Part shown: positions 39,608 to 53,717 of the stretch, piece after piece
How positions within the stretch are numbered: position 1 is the stretch's first letter
Layout of the letters: each line of letters starts with the position of its first letter
DNA from: Octopus vulgaris
Taxonomy: Eukaryota
Length of the DNA: 64,000 nt
Reading direction: 5' to 3'
Assembly: GCA_951406725.2 (NCBI GenBank)
Contig: OX597836.1
Coordinates: forward strand, 39,432,001 to 39,496,000
The notes under the pieces: generated by a model
What the model was told of the DNA's origin: nothing
What the model saw: the letters and a program-made list of their open reading frames with translations, nothing else
The model's database searches: none
Program-made: the position numbers and the translations under genes

Positions 39608-40178
39608 TATAGCTATTACATAACTAAAATAGTTCCCCAGAAACTCCGGCGTTGTCTTGTATCAGTTAGTGCACATGTACTTCTCAAAATTAGGCCGAAA
39701 GATAAGAGATTCAAGCTTTTAGTCACCAATGTATTTCTGATATACTTCGTGTGTACATCGACTGATACACATACATCCGTGTCAACTGCATCATATGCTA
39801 AAAATAACATAAGGATGACGGCAAGTCATTTAGTTGATTGCTTCATAAATCCAGGGTACTCTTTTACTTGTTTCAGTCGTTCGACTGCAGCCATGCTGGA
39901 GCACCGCCTGAAGTCGAACAAATCGATCCCCGGGTCTTATCCTTTGAAAGATTAGATCTATATTTTATCGGTCTCTTTTGCCGAACCAACATCGGTTGTC
40001 AAGCCATGGTTGTGGTGGTGGATTCAAACACAGACACACAAATACATACATACATACATACATACATACATACATACATACATACATACATACATACATG
40101 CATACATACATACATACATACATACATGCAATACATACATACATACATACATACATACATACATACATACATACATAC

Positions 40179-40230
<52 letters not shown>

Positions 40231-40274
40231 AACTTACTTGGAAATGGATCCGTTACGTTCAATTAAATAAGAAA

Positions 40275-40320
<46 letters not shown>

Positions 40321-40429
40321 TCACAATAAGGGTGAAAAAAATTGAATATTAATTAATAACATCAATTTAAAACACCAAGTGGCCTAGCGTATAAAGACTG
40401 GGATACAGTAAAAATTATTAATACAAGTA

Positions 40430-40499
40430 ATGAGAGAGAGTCCACATGTGGTCACTCTAACGCTAGCGTTAGAGTGACCACATGTGGACTCTCTCTCAT
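40430..40499. repeat. Perfect 70-bp palindrome
   Basis: atgagagagagtccacatgtggtcactctaacgct|agcgttagagtgaccacatgtggactctctctcat. Confidence 0.95.
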
Positions 40500-40869
40500 A
40501 TATATTTTTGCTTTTGTAACTAACAGTGATAAATATGTAAAGGCAATTTACTTAATATTTATTTTTCACTGAGTTTATTACTGTTATTTCTTGATTTTCT
40601 GCAAACAAAATGCACAAAAAAGCTACACGTTTGCATTATGTTATATATACAATAATAATAAAGGCCGTTACCGTATAAATTCTTACAAACCAACGACGTT
40701 ATAGTGACCTCCTTGACCAAGTTAGAGAAGGGGAGCGTATTATACACAAGGTTTAGGTTTTTTCAGAAGTACATCCCCCTAAAAATACCCTGCGTATTAT
40801 ACTCAAGGGCGGACTATACTCGAGGATTTAAGGTACATATATATGTCTGTTTTTCCGTCCTTGTTTATT

Positions 40870-41072
40870 ATACTTTCGAAACTTTTTTCCAAGGAATCTA
40901 ATGCTGTTAGCTTAGTTTTTCCTTGGGACTGGCCAGATTGGAGCAATCTCAAGATTAATCAGCCGAAATTGCGAGGATGATCCGGTTCTTGACTGAAGAT
41001 TAAAGGCTTCGAATGACCCGTCCGTGTTTTTTGTATCGTCTTCTGAATGTTTTGCGTTTTTGTCCCATTTTG

Positions 41073-41075
<3 letters not shown>
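40870..41075. repeat. Short interspersed repeat abutting (TA)n; relatives at 32380-32700, 16575-16700 and 4370-4530
   Basis: Shared ggccagattggagcaatctc / agccgaaattgc / gaatgacccgt blocks. Confidence 0.7.
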
Positions 41076-41157
<82 letters not shown>

Positions 41158-41162
<5 letters not shown>

Positions 41163-42528
41163 CCACAACCTAGGACTAGAGGCAATCCAATTCTGGCTAG
41201 AAAATCACGCCAACGAACTACCACATCGCATCAAAAAAGAATTCGTGATAGAAGGGGTTAAATTCATCCTGGAAAATAACTTCTTCGCCTTCAATGACAA
41301 CTTCTACCGACAAAAATCGGGGACTGCGATGGGTACACGAATGGCCCCATCCTTTGCCAACCTAGTCATAGGATATCTAGAGATCAGTCTGTATCGTAAG
41401 GTTCTAGAAAGATATGACAGCCCTTTCTCCATCTACATAGAAAACAACTGGAAGAGATATCTAGATGACTGTTTCATCCTTTGGCATAAAAATATAGAAA
41501 AACTCATAGAATTCCAGGAAATTTTAAACGGACTGGACGTAAACATCCAATTCACGATGGAATATAGCCAGCAACAACACCCCTTCCTCGATATCCTCAT
41601 TAAGAAAGCTAATAATATAATAGAAACAGACATATACTATAAGCCTACAGACTCTAAGCAATATCTTTCATTCAATTCATGCCACCCCAGACACACCAGG
41701 ATGAATATCCCCTTCAACCTAGCAAAAAGGATATGCACTATAGTCTCGAACGCAAACACCAGAGACACACGACTACAAGAACTAAAAGATACCCTTATCA
41801 CCAGGAACTATCCACCTTCACTTAATGACAAGTGCATTCAACGTGCCCTTCAACTTAACATCAAGGAACTGAGACATCCCAAATCAAAGAAAAACTTACA
41901 ACCAAAAGCCTTACCATACATCTCCACACACAACCCTCTCAATAACGAAGCCTTCGGCACCATCCTCCACAACATACCCCTCCTAAAAAAAGACCACAGA
42001 ATGAACACAATCCTCCAAACACACACGATCATAAAAAGCAAGAGACAGCCTAAATCCATGAAAAGTCTCCTAACACAAGCCCGAATTCACTCTTCAACAC
42101 AGAAGCCGACAGTAAAAAAATGTGGAAGACCCAATTGCGGGATATGCGACTATCTAATTGAGGGATCAGAGTTCTCCTTCAAACAGAGACAACGGTTTAC
42201 AGTGAAAAGCAACTTCACATGTGCTTCGGAGAACCTAATATACTCACTAACCTGCTCCGGGTGTCAAGAGCAGTACATAGGCCAAACAAAAAATGGTTTG
42301 CGTAAACGAATGGCCCTGCACAGATCCCAGATAAAAATTCCCCAAAACAGAAAAATAGCTTTTAGCCAACACATAGATACTTGCGCCAACAAAAAAACAC
42401 CAAGCTTCAGGATTTTCCCCCTCTACCAATTTAGGGACGATACAACCTCGAGACAACGAATAAGTAAAGAAACTCTCTTTATTGCAAAATACAGGCCACT
42501 TCTTAACGGGTCTACGACAAACAATTAA
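41158..42528 (+). mobile_element. Penelope-like retroelement, 5'-truncated ORF (reverse transcriptase C-terminal part + GIY-YIG endonuclease)
   Basis: About 455 uninterrupted codons with QKSGTAMGTRMAPSFANL, RYLDDCF, PFLDI, YYKPTD..YL.F.S.HP, CxxxxCxxC linker and NLIYSLTC..C..QYIGQT. Starts abruptly in a (TA)n tract. Confidence 0.93.
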
Positions 42529-43264
42529 TATACCTCAACTTTAGAATAAAAGAAATATTCACACACAAATATTACATTCCAAAGAATCCATTACTAATCA
42601 CAGCTAAAATCACAGCTATAATCCACAACATGCCAACTTCAAGTCATACAACACCTCACTACTTTAACCCATTCATATTCTCCCTTCTCTGTTTTTTTCT
42701 TCTTCATCATCATCATCATTATCATCATCATCGTCGTCATAACCATCACCACCATCACCATCATCATCTTCTCCTTCTCCTTCTTCTTCTTCTTCTTCTT
42801 CTTCTTCATCATCATCATCATCAACATCGTCATCTTCTTCTTCTTCTTCTTCTTCTTCTTCTTCTTCTTCTTCTTCTTCTTCTTCTTCTTCTTCTTCTTC
42901 TTCTTCTACTTCTCCACCTTCTACCCCTTAACTTTGTCACTCATGTTTTTTAGTATAACACCTACGCAAATTCTATAAACAAGCCTTTCAATAGAAATAT
43001 TCTCCTGAATTGAACTGCGACTGCCAGCCGCCACTGACCATTCAAAATACGACCATCAGGGCACTCCCAGATTCTCCCACCCCCTTTCCTCATCAGCCTC
43101 CTTCCTCCACTACCCTACCAAGAACTCACAACGACCTCCAACACACAAGTGCAAACAAGGGAGTCAGAGAAAGGCAGAATGCTACTTATATCTGAACACT
43201 ACTATAGAAATATTCCTTTAAAAAAACGTTTCTTCTAATTTTTCTAAATTTAATTATTTAATCG

Positions 43265-43308
43265 TTACAGTTGAAAAGGTCTCAAAATGACCGAAACCGG
43301 TACTGAAA
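43265..43308 (+). ncRNA. Hammerhead-like motif downstream of the Penelope ORF, U3/A8 variant core
   Basis: cag-UUGAAAA-GGUC-7nt-GACC-GAAAC-CG-GUA-cug. Confidence 0.55.
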
Positions 43309-43354
43309 TGTTCACTATAAAATTATTTTAGCATTTTCTATTTTTGACTTGTTT

Positions 43355-43433
<79 letters not shown>

Positions 43434-43595
43434 ATCCAAACAAGAAAACACAAAAAAACACAGCAACGCGAGAACGTGAAACAAATAAAGTAATATTGGA
43501 CGCTCAGGAAAGAAGGGAAGAAGGAGGATTTAACGTTTCGAGCGGAGCTCTTCGTCGGAAACAAAGAAGAAGGAAAGATCCCGAGAAGGGAAGAC

Positions 43596-43644
<49 letters not shown>

Positions 43645-44289
43645 ATGTATATAAATTGTATGTATGTACGCATGCATGCATGTATTGTATATATGCATGT
43701 AACTATGTATATGTGTATATGTGTATGTATGAATGCATATGTATGTACGTGTCTGTATTGGTTTGTTTATGAGCGGGAAGTCAGTGCCCCAGCAAGGCCG
43801 CAGTCAGTTGGCTGAAGTAAACATAAAGAAACAAATAAATAAACAAGTGGACACTGACAGCTCCAAAAATCGAATGTCTTTCATTTATATTAAAAGCGAA
43901 GGAAAAAAAATTGCTAGATATTTGCATATATTCAGATGACCAGCATTAACTCACATCGTTGCATAGGAATCGTAGTTATCAAGATAAAAAGAAAGAAAGA
44001 GAATATTACAAGCATATTTCCTTTTCCTATTGGCTGACTTAATGAAAATGTCATCAGCGAGTCGTATCAGCTTGACTTGAGGAATCATTATACAGCATTA
44101 GATGCAGGTAGAGATCAATAATTGAGACAGACGAAAATAGAATAGCACAAAAGAGAAGAAAAGGTAGTGAGCAGACGATATCTAGACATACATGGCACAA
44201 AAGAGAGGGAAAGGTAGTGAGCAGACGATATCTAGAGATACATGGCACAAAATTGCCATTACATATTTATCACTATTAGTTACAATAGC

Positions 44290-45993
44290 AAAAATATTTA
44301 TTCAAATCCTTCAAATTCAACGTCACTTTCAGCATCAAATAACTGTTCCATTTGTTCCTCCGTAAATATGTCAGCATCATTGTGGTGTAAATCTCCGTCA
44401 TCGTCAGATTCATAGTCAACATCAGAAGATTCGCTTTCATTTATTTCATCTTTCCATACAACGTCATTCTGAGTACCATCCAGTGCAGACGATATACAAC
44501 ATTTGATAAAACTTTTCACAATAGTCTGGGGATCAAGTTCATTCCATGCATACACGTTCCTTTTGTGAAATTTGGGTTCGCCTCCTAATAGACAAGTCAT
44601 GCCTTGACATAAAGTTACTGGCCCAGCCACCTGATGCTTTAAGTTCTGATTCATTAAGTTTTTTTATCTTTTTAGCAATGAGTTTTGCCTGTAACCTCAA
44701 ATGTACTGTATTAATGGCCATTCCACCAAGTCTTCCTTCTTCTACCCATTCAAGCAAAATTTTTTCAAGCTCAGGATGTTTGGCTTTCCCCCCCCCCCTC
44801 TTGCCTTCTTTATCGTTGGCATCTTACTCTTTACTCTTTTACTTGTTTCAGTCATTTGACTGCGGCCATGCTGGAGCACCGCCTTTAGTCGAGCAACTCG
44901 ACCCCGGGACTTATTCTTTGTAAGCCCAGTACTTATTCTATCGGTCTCTTTTGCCGAACCGCTAAGTGACGGGGACATAAACACACCAGCATCGGTTTTC
45001 AAGCAATGCTAGGGGGACAAACACAGACACACAAACATACACGCACACACACATATATACATATATACGACGGGCTTCTTTCAGTTTCCGTCTACCAAAT
45101 CCACTCACAAGGCTTTGGTCGGCCCGAGGCTATAGTAGAAGACACTTGCCCAAGGTGCCACGCAGTGGGACTAAACCCGGAACCATGTGGTTGGTAAGCA
45201 ATTTACTTACCACACAGCCACTCCTGCGCCTATGTTTAATTTCATCTTTATTTCTTCTCCATAACCTGACATTGCTTTCTTCAACATCAAATTTTCTTCC
45301 GGCGGCCCTATTACCATGCTCTTCAGCATATGATATAACTTCAAGTTTAAACATAGCTGAATAAGATCTAGGAGGCATTTTATGGGCATGTAATGTATAA
45401 AATATTTTATTGGAGATTAATGTACAGGTTTAAGTCCCGCTTATAAAAAAAAACTCCAGTAAAGACCCACAGGACTTCAAACATTTAATACTGGTATTTG
45501 ATTAAGTATCTATTGTTTGCCACGGTAATGATGCAAACTGCCAATACAAACAGCAGGATGGACTATTTAGCGCTAAACTATTAAGCACAATTCGTGCGTA
45601 ATTAAGCCAGCAGCACCTAGTCGAACAAACACTTCTGCGCATGCGTAATACAATAATGATGTTCTTAACTGTTATATGGAATGTAAATATGTTTGCAAAT
45701 TGTTTTTGCTACATGTTATTCTGTGTTCTGAATACTTTTATTTTAATAAATGTTGCTTACTGCAAGTTATGGATGATTCTTTTATGACTTCATTGCCTTC
45801 AGGCTTAGCTTAACGTATTTTCGCGCTCGACATCACAAAATGCGTCTGAATAAACATTGCCGGACAGCAAATAGAGACTCGGCCATTGCTTAGAAAATAT
45901 TTTTCCTTTTTAACCTCGTATATTGTACGCACTAGAGATATTGACCTTTAAATTTTGGGAAAAAGATGCAGATTATACTCGAGGATTTACGGT
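44290..45993 (-). mobile_element. pogo/Tigger-like DNA transposon, internally deleted, SINE-interrupted
   Basis: RSYSAMFKLEVISYAEEHGNRAAGRKFDVEESNVRLW (Brinker-type HTH), KASGGWASNFMSRHDLSIRRRT (CENP-B HTH), then directly the C-terminal AW..L....IVKSF.KC. TIR ...tactcgaggatttacggTA at the right end. Confidence 0.8.
44824..45231 (-). mobile_element. SINE family A copy inserted in the pogo ORF
   Basis: Full-length reverse copy splitting the transposase reading frame. Confidence 0.85.
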
Positions 45994-46300
45994 ACGTGTG
46001 AATGTATAAATAGATATACGTGTGTGTAAATATATAAAACCATACACACTACCTTGTAGGTGAGTTTATGGAGAATATGTATATATGTGGGAGGTGAGTA
46101 TAATGATGTTTACTCGTGTTTCTGATTGTTCCAATAAAGGATATGAAACCTAGAGGGTAATAAATTAACTTTAAGTAGAAGCCGATTCAGGTGCAGAATG
46201 GAGCAAGTTGTTTTATCGCGAAAAACAAAGAATAATTTAGATCCTTCAAACAAACAAACAGTTGCATACAGAAATGGTCAGTCCTCACTTTATAATTTTA

Positions 46301-46629
46301 CTAGCACTATGACCCGGCAACGCTGGGTCATAGTGCTAGTGCATGCATATGCAGCTGTGTGCGTGCGCACATACACGCGAGTACTGTCCAAATCTCCGAC
46401 CTATCACATACAGCTAGCTGGCATTCAATTGGCGTATCAAGTTTCGGGCATTTTGATTGGGTTTTAGATAGAAAATTCACAAAAAAGTCACTTCTATTGA
46501 TTTTTTAATGGCTTTGCGGGGTGACTGGGGAAATGTAAAGATGTGCACGACCATCCTTGGACAGTTTTGAATGACCAAAGTAAGTGCGAGCCCTCTAACT
46601 GAAAAATTGTGGATTTGCATAAAGGACAT

Positions 46630-46675
<46 letters not shown>

Positions 46676-46696
46676 TTTGCCGTTTATATATATAGA
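46301..46696 (-). mobile_element. Non-autonomous Helitron-like element
   Basis: Minus strand starts TC(TATATATA), ends with a GC-rich hairpin + CTAG, and sits between A and T. Second copy at 22422-22791. Confidence 0.7.
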
Positions 46697-46814
46697 TATT
46701 ATCTCTAAACGCTAAATTTTATTCCTCCTTCTGTTTTGCACTTCCCTATAATCTGACCGAGAAGATAGAATTGTAACTTATAATCAACCTGACCTTTTTT
46801 TTCGTCTATAACAT

Positions 46815-47205
46815 GGCGCAGGAGTGGCTGTGTGGTAAGTAGCTTGCTTACCAACTACGCTTACCAACCACATGGTTCCGGGTTCAGTCCCACTGCGTGG
46901 CACCTTGAGCAAGTGTCTTCTACTATGGCCTCGGGTCGACCAAAGCCTTGTGAGTGGATTTGGTAGACGGAAACTGAAAGAAGCCCGTCGTATGTATATA
47001 TATATGTGTGTGTGTTTGTGTTTGTCCCCCCAACATCGCTTGACAACCGATGCTGGTGTGTTTACGTCCCCGTAACTAAGCTGTTCAGCAATAGAGACCG
47101 ATAGAATAAGTACTAGGCTTACAAAGAATAAGTCATGGGTCGATTTGCTCGACTAAAGTCGGTGCTCCAGCATGGCCACAGTCAAATGACTGAAACAAGT
47201 AAAAG
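46815..47205 (+). mobile_element. SINE family A copy
   Basis: Matches 1817-2218. Confidence 0.85.
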
Positions 47206-48759
47206 TGTAACCTTATTTCTGTATTTTGTATTTTGATTATAATTGTATTTTGCCTGTCACTCTATCTTTGGGTTTTGTTTTGTCTGTAAACAACTGAAAA
47301 GGATGCATCACTTTGGGTATGCATTCGCACACTGGGTGAAATGACGGTAGGATCTAACGGAGGACTTATTTAAAGTATTAACCCGAGGAAGTGCATTGTA
47401 CACTTTGGTTGCAGGATATTCATTACAATGTATTACAAGTGTAAAAATGCATCTAAACAACTGTAGCCTTTTAAATAAAGAATATCGTTCATTTTATTTT
47501 CTATCGTTTATCTATTTACATAAATTCTACAGATAATTTGGAATTATTGATAGATGTCCAGCTGCAATAGCATTTCCACTGTATGTTGATATCAGGTGGC
47601 CAATAACTGTGAACGAGCTTTGCGTAGAATTCTACAAAGTTTTTACTCGAATATTATTTAACTCTGTGCGTGTACGTGTGTGCGTGCGTGCGCGCACGTG
47701 TGTATGGGTGTTCCTTCTCCCTTCTCCTCACTCACTTTGTTTCTTTCCCTCGTCCTCTCTTGACCCCTTACCCTCTGCCTGTTTGCTCACACGTGACTAC
47801 AGGCAATTTCTCTCACTTCTGTCTCTTCTGGACGCGACGTTAATATAGCTGGACGTCATTTCTCTCGCCTCCTGACATTTTTTCTCTTGCACTATTTTCT
47901 TCTCTTATTCTATCCAATTGCGCTCAAATTTGATATGTAGATACCGACAGTATCATGGCGTGTACAAGTCTTGAAAAAAATTACAAAAATCGATTCCAGG
48001 TGAGAATGCGATCAATAAAGCCGTTTTTCTTTGGAATAGAAAAAAAGTCTATCTTTATTTCTTCTTTTGCTGGTGTCTAAAATTTAGGTTAAATCAGTGT
48101 TTCTCAAAGAGGAGGCCTATGGGACGGTCGGACAAGTTGTTTTGAGAAAATTTGGTTTAAATGTTTGACAACTCAGCACCGTCCATTGGACGAGGGACGT
48201 TTTGCTCGTATTTTATATAAGATAAATTCAATCATATTTCTCAGTGGTACTTGTTGCTGAGTATGGTACATTAGAATGGCGTACCTCAGTTGGTACTTCT
48301 GAAATGCTTTACATATCACTACAAGATAGTACACATGCAGTTACCTGTGAATATAACAAAATGAGGGATTTCGTTAGGGTTCTTTTTATGAAATTTTGGG
48401 ATATCACTCTCATCACTAACAGTTTCAACAGCATTTTACTTACACCTGTTAAGGACAATTTGCTTTCACTTTTTTTAGGATAATTTACTTTCACTTTTTT
48501 AGGACAATTTACCATCACATTTTATAACCATAATCTGCTCGTTAACCCTTTCACTTCCTTAGAAAAATAGATCTGGGATAATTAATATGATTCTCCTTTA
48601 CTCAACTTAGAACAATGACATTGAGAAAATATTATGGAAGTTCAGCACAGCCTAACTATCATCAGATAGCATATAATGAACCTGACTATTTTCTTTTAGA
48701 GACCCGACAAATAATGTGAGTTCATGGCTGCTTCCTGCACCAGTTTCACATAGCCCCAG

Positions 48760-49406
48760 CCCATCCAAAGTACCTTGGATTACAGAACGACATGCTGTGC
48801 TTACCTTGGATCGTAGGGCGACCTGCTGTGCTTGAGGAGACCTATTGAGTCAAGTACATCAACATCAAAATAAATATCAAATGGAAATTGTAGTTATGAT
48901 ACCTGTGTCGGTGGCACGTAAAAAGCACCATCCGAACGTGGCCGATGCCAGCGCCACCTTGGCTGGCTTCTGTGCCGGTGGCACATGACCTGCTGTGCTT
49001 GAGGGGACCTATTGAGTCAAGTACATCAACATCAAAATAAATATCAAATGGAAATTGTAGCTATGACACCTGTGCCGGTGGCACGTTAAAAAGCACCATC
49101 CGAACGTGGCCGATGCCAGCGCCACCTTGACTGGCTTCTGTGCCGGTGGCACGTAAAAAGCTCCAACCGATTGTGGCCGTTGCCAGCCTCCCCTGGCACC
49201 TGTGCCGGTGGCACGTAAAAAGCACCCACTACACTCACGGAGTGGTTGGCATTGGGAAGGGCATCCAGCTGTAGAAATTCTGCCAGATCAGACTGGAGCC
49301 TAGTGCAGCCTCCTGGCTTCCCAGACTCTGGTCGAATCGTCCAACCTGTGCTAGCACGGAAAACGGACGTTAAATGATGATTTTGATGATGATGATGATG
49401 ATGATG
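48760..49406 (+). mobile_element. Family C SINE-like element with internal tandem duplications and (GAT)n tail
   Basis: ggtggcacgtaaaaagcacc subrepeats, gttggc..ggaagggcatccagctgtagaaa domain, ggacgttaaa(tga)n end. Confidence 0.75.
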
Positions 49407-49652
49407 AAAAAGATGACAGTCGCATTGTGTTTACTCATAGGAATTCCAAATTATTATTGTTGTGTCAAAGTGAGCTTAAAAGCTAATGAATGATACCATC
49501 CTGGCTGTTAAATTAAACCATTATGGCAGTTAAGGAATGTCTGTGTGTCTGTCATCTTCCTTTCTAATTGGTAGCATTTGAGAGTGATATCGCATCATTT
49601 CTATGTCATTGACAGATTACCCAATGACAAAAGACATATGCACACGAAATTT

Positions 49653-50070
<418 letters not shown>

Positions 50071-50111
50071 TTTTCTCTCTCTCCATATATAAGTTCTTTC
50101 TTGTTCTTTTG

Positions 50112-50738
50112 TTCTTTTACTTGTTTCAGTCATTTGACTGCGGCCATGCTGGAGCACCGCCTTTAGTCGAGCAAATCGACCCCAGAACTTATTCTTTGTA
50201 AGCCTAGTACTTATTCTATCGGTCTCTTTTGCCGAACCGCTAAGTAACGGGGACATAAACACACCAGCACCGGTTGTCAAGCGATGTTGGGGGGACAAAC
50301 ACAGACATACAAACATACACGCACACATATACATATATACGACGGGCTTCTTTCCAGTTTCCGTCTACTAAATCCACTCACAAGGCTTTGGCCGGCCTGA
50401 GGCTATAGTAGAAGACACTTGCCCAAGGTGCAACGCAGTGGGACTGAACCCGGAACCATGTGGTTGGTAAGTGTGGCTGGTAAGCAAGCTACTTACCACA
50501 CAGCCACTCCTACGCTTATATATAAATTTTTTATTCTTTTACTTGTTTCAATTGACTGCGGCCATGCAGGAGCACCGCCTTTTTAGTCGAACACATCGAT
50601 CCCAAGACTTACTTTTTGTAAGTCTAGTACTTATTCTATCAGTCTCTTTTGCCAAACCGCTAAGTTACAGGTACGTAAACACACACCAACATCGGGTGTC
50701 AAGCAATGGTGGAGGAGACAAACACAGACACACAAATG

Positions 50739-50779
<41 letters not shown>

Positions 50780-50895
50780 CTGATATGGTGGGCTTCTTTC
50801 AGTTTCTGTCTACCAAATCTACTCACAATGCTTTGGTTAGCCCAAGGCTATAGTAGAAGACACTTGCCCAAGGTACCATGCAGTGGGACTGAACT
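50112..50895 (-). mobile_element. Two adjacent SINE family A copies
   Basis: Reverse copies at about 50112-50515 and 50535-50895. Confidence 0.8.
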
Positions 50896-51044
50896 TCTTA
50901 CAATACGGCTACTCTTATGATTATCTTTATAATAAAATAGGAAAATGGAAATCGTTTGGTATTGTATATTCTCCATTACATGTGTTTCATTTGCTAATAG
51001 GAATCACATTTACATGTTAGATAGAAATGTAAATAATTTACTGT

Positions 51045-51117
<73 letters not shown>

Positions 51118-52053
51118 TGTGTCTGTGATTGTCCTCCCACCATCGCTTGACAACTAATGCTGGTGTGTTTAAGTCCTCCTAATTTAGCAGTTCGGCAAAA
51201 GAGACCAATGGAATAAGTACTAGGCTTACAAAAGAATAAGTCCCAGAGTTGATTTGTTCGACTAAAGGCGGTGCTCCAGCATGGCCGCAGTCAAATGACT
51301 GAAACAAGTAAAAGTATAAAAGAAAAAAAAAAAGGGAACATCTCTCTTTTACTCATTTCAGTCATTAGTCAATATTTCTGAATAGAAGTGGTATTGTCAC
51401 TCTTTAGCGACCAGATGTCTACAAGCGTCTAAAAGTGTAGATAACGAGCTGTTGTAAAACTAAAAAGAAATAAATAAAAACAAGTAAAAATGTAAGCATA
51501 TTAGGATATAAAAATACAGGAAAAATCAATTATAACTGTAAACTCAATATGAAGGTCATAGTTCTAAGTAGGTCAATTAAATATATGCTTGCAGGAAAAA
51601 AACTGAATCAAATTGTAAGATTACCGTTATCTAAGTCGATTACTGCTTGTCAGTCAATTGTAAAACGTAAATGTTCACATAATGTGTTTTATAGCATTCA
51701 TCAGCCACCGATTCATTGAAACAACTGTAAAGATATTTTTTTTCTCTGATCATTACCAGCGTTGCCTTACTGGCACTTGTGCATGTGCCAGAGGACGTGG
51801 AACAAGTATAGTGTTATTGAACACTCCGGAAAAGAAAGAAAGAAAGAAAGGGGATTTAACATTTTGATTGGAGCTCTTCATCAGAAATATAGGAAAGGGA
51901 AAGATATACACACGGTCACATATATTTAAAATTATAATTTAGGGTATCTAAGAGAGACCACCACGCAGAAATAGCAGTCAAAACTTGACTCTAAAACCAC
52001 ATTAAATGTTCATATAGCACCAGGAGGGAAGACAAAGTAAACGAGCAAAAAAA

Positions 52054-52096
<43 letters not shown>

Positions 52097-52217
52097 ATAT
52101 GATTATATATATATGATATATACATATGTATATATATATATGATATATGTGTGAATATATATATATATGATAATTATATATGATATATATATATATATAT
52201 GATAATTATATATGATA

Positions 52218-52296
<79 letters not shown>

Positions 52297-52327
52297 ATGT
52301 ATGTATATATATGTATTTTTTTCTCTG

Positions 52328-52732
52328 ATCATTACCAGCGTTGCCTTACTGGCACTTGTGCATGTGCCGGTAGGGTACTAATCCGAGTGTGATCGTTGCC
52401 AGAGCAGCCAACTGGGTTCCGTGCCCGTGGCACGTAAAAGGGCACCATTCAAGCGTGATCGTTACCAACGTCGCTTCACTGGCACCTGTGTAAAAAGGTG
52501 GCACGTGTAAAAAAGATACGAGCAAGGTCGTTGCCAGTACCGCCTGACTGGCGCCCGTACCGGTGGCACATAAAAAGCACCCACTATACTCTCGGAGTGG
52601 TTAGCGTTAGGAAGTGCATCCGGCTGTTGAAAGTCAGCCAGATCAAGACTGGAGCCTGGTGCAGCCATCGGGTTCGCCAGCCCTCAGTCAAAATCGTCCA
52701 ACCCATGCTAGCATGGAAAGCGGAGGTTAAAC

Positions 52733-52766
<34 letters not shown>
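52328..52766 (+). mobile_element. Family C SINE-like element
   Basis: Same domain and tail as 48760-49406. Confidence 0.75.
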
Positions 52767-52768
<2 letters not shown>

Positions 52769-52984
52769 ATGAATTGTTGTCCCTCAATTGTTTTTTCATC
52801 TTGTCTGTTTATTATTTATGTATGCAATGTATTTCTTATGGCCAACTCCTGTCTTGCAGGACTGTTTCACGCTTATTAGGAAGCTGGAGCTTAAAAATAT
52901 AACCATCCTGAGAACTTATTTGGTGCATATCTATGAGCTAATAATATTCTACTTTCCTTTTTTTTGTTGTTGTTGTAACTGTTT

Positions 52985-53365
52985 GTTTGTTTGTTTATTT
53001 GTTGAGCGAAGCGGTCTTCGTCCTGTAGTGGGAGAAGTCCGAAACGTGGTCCTTTGCTATTCATAAGACCCGCAGAAGAGAAAACAGGTCAACCCCCGAC
53101 ACCGAGAGCATCGACAGATGGATGAATGCGCATCCAGGCTCAGCGGTTGCGTAGGAAGTCGGGGACAAGAAACAGGAAGAAAGAGTGAGAGAAAGTTGGA
53201 GCGAAAGAGTACAACAGAGGTCGCAACCATCCCCTGCCGGAGCCTAGTGGAGCTTTAGGTGTTTTCGCTCAATAAACACACACACAACGCCCGGTCTGGG
53301 GATCGAAACCGCGATCCTCCGACCGCGAGTCCGCTGCCCTAACCATTGGGCCATTGCGCCTCCAC
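52985..53365 (-). mobile_element. SINE family D variant with a different 3' tail
   Basis: Head matches 32828-33209. Tail shared with 54000-54210. Confidence 0.75.
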
Positions 53366-53717
53366 AGCTTTTGCTGTCTTTCCTGTTGTTGTTGATGCCA
53401 TTGTTGTTATTGTAGTTGCAGGTTTCAAATTTTTTTTTTTGATATCGGGAGCCTCAAACTCGTTGGCATCCCATCGACCTTTCTATTTTCGTAATAGGAC
53501 CGTGGCTATTAGTTATCATCCACTTCTTGCCCCTACAATGATAGTGCACCACAGTCCCATCTCCTGATCAGTTTACAAGAAGTCAGAGGAGCCTGCGATA
53601 TCAGAAGAGAAGAAAAACTGGTGGGTGAATGTATGTATGTCAGTGTGTGAATGGTTTGTGCTGGAGTTGGTGTTTTTTGCCTGTGAAGAACTCTTCCTTT
53701 TCAATTGTAGCTTCAAT

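Noticed and set aside
40955-41015. Possible type-II hammerhead (agccGAAAttgc...CTGAAGA..ggct)
   Set aside because: No proper stem III or UH site, stem II is offset, and pairing is not kept in the related copy at 32460-32520.
48280-48345. Minus-strand AG...GT bounded segments here and at about 54638-54763
   Set aside because: Stops in all three frames. They could be non-coding exons, but nothing in the sequence supports that.
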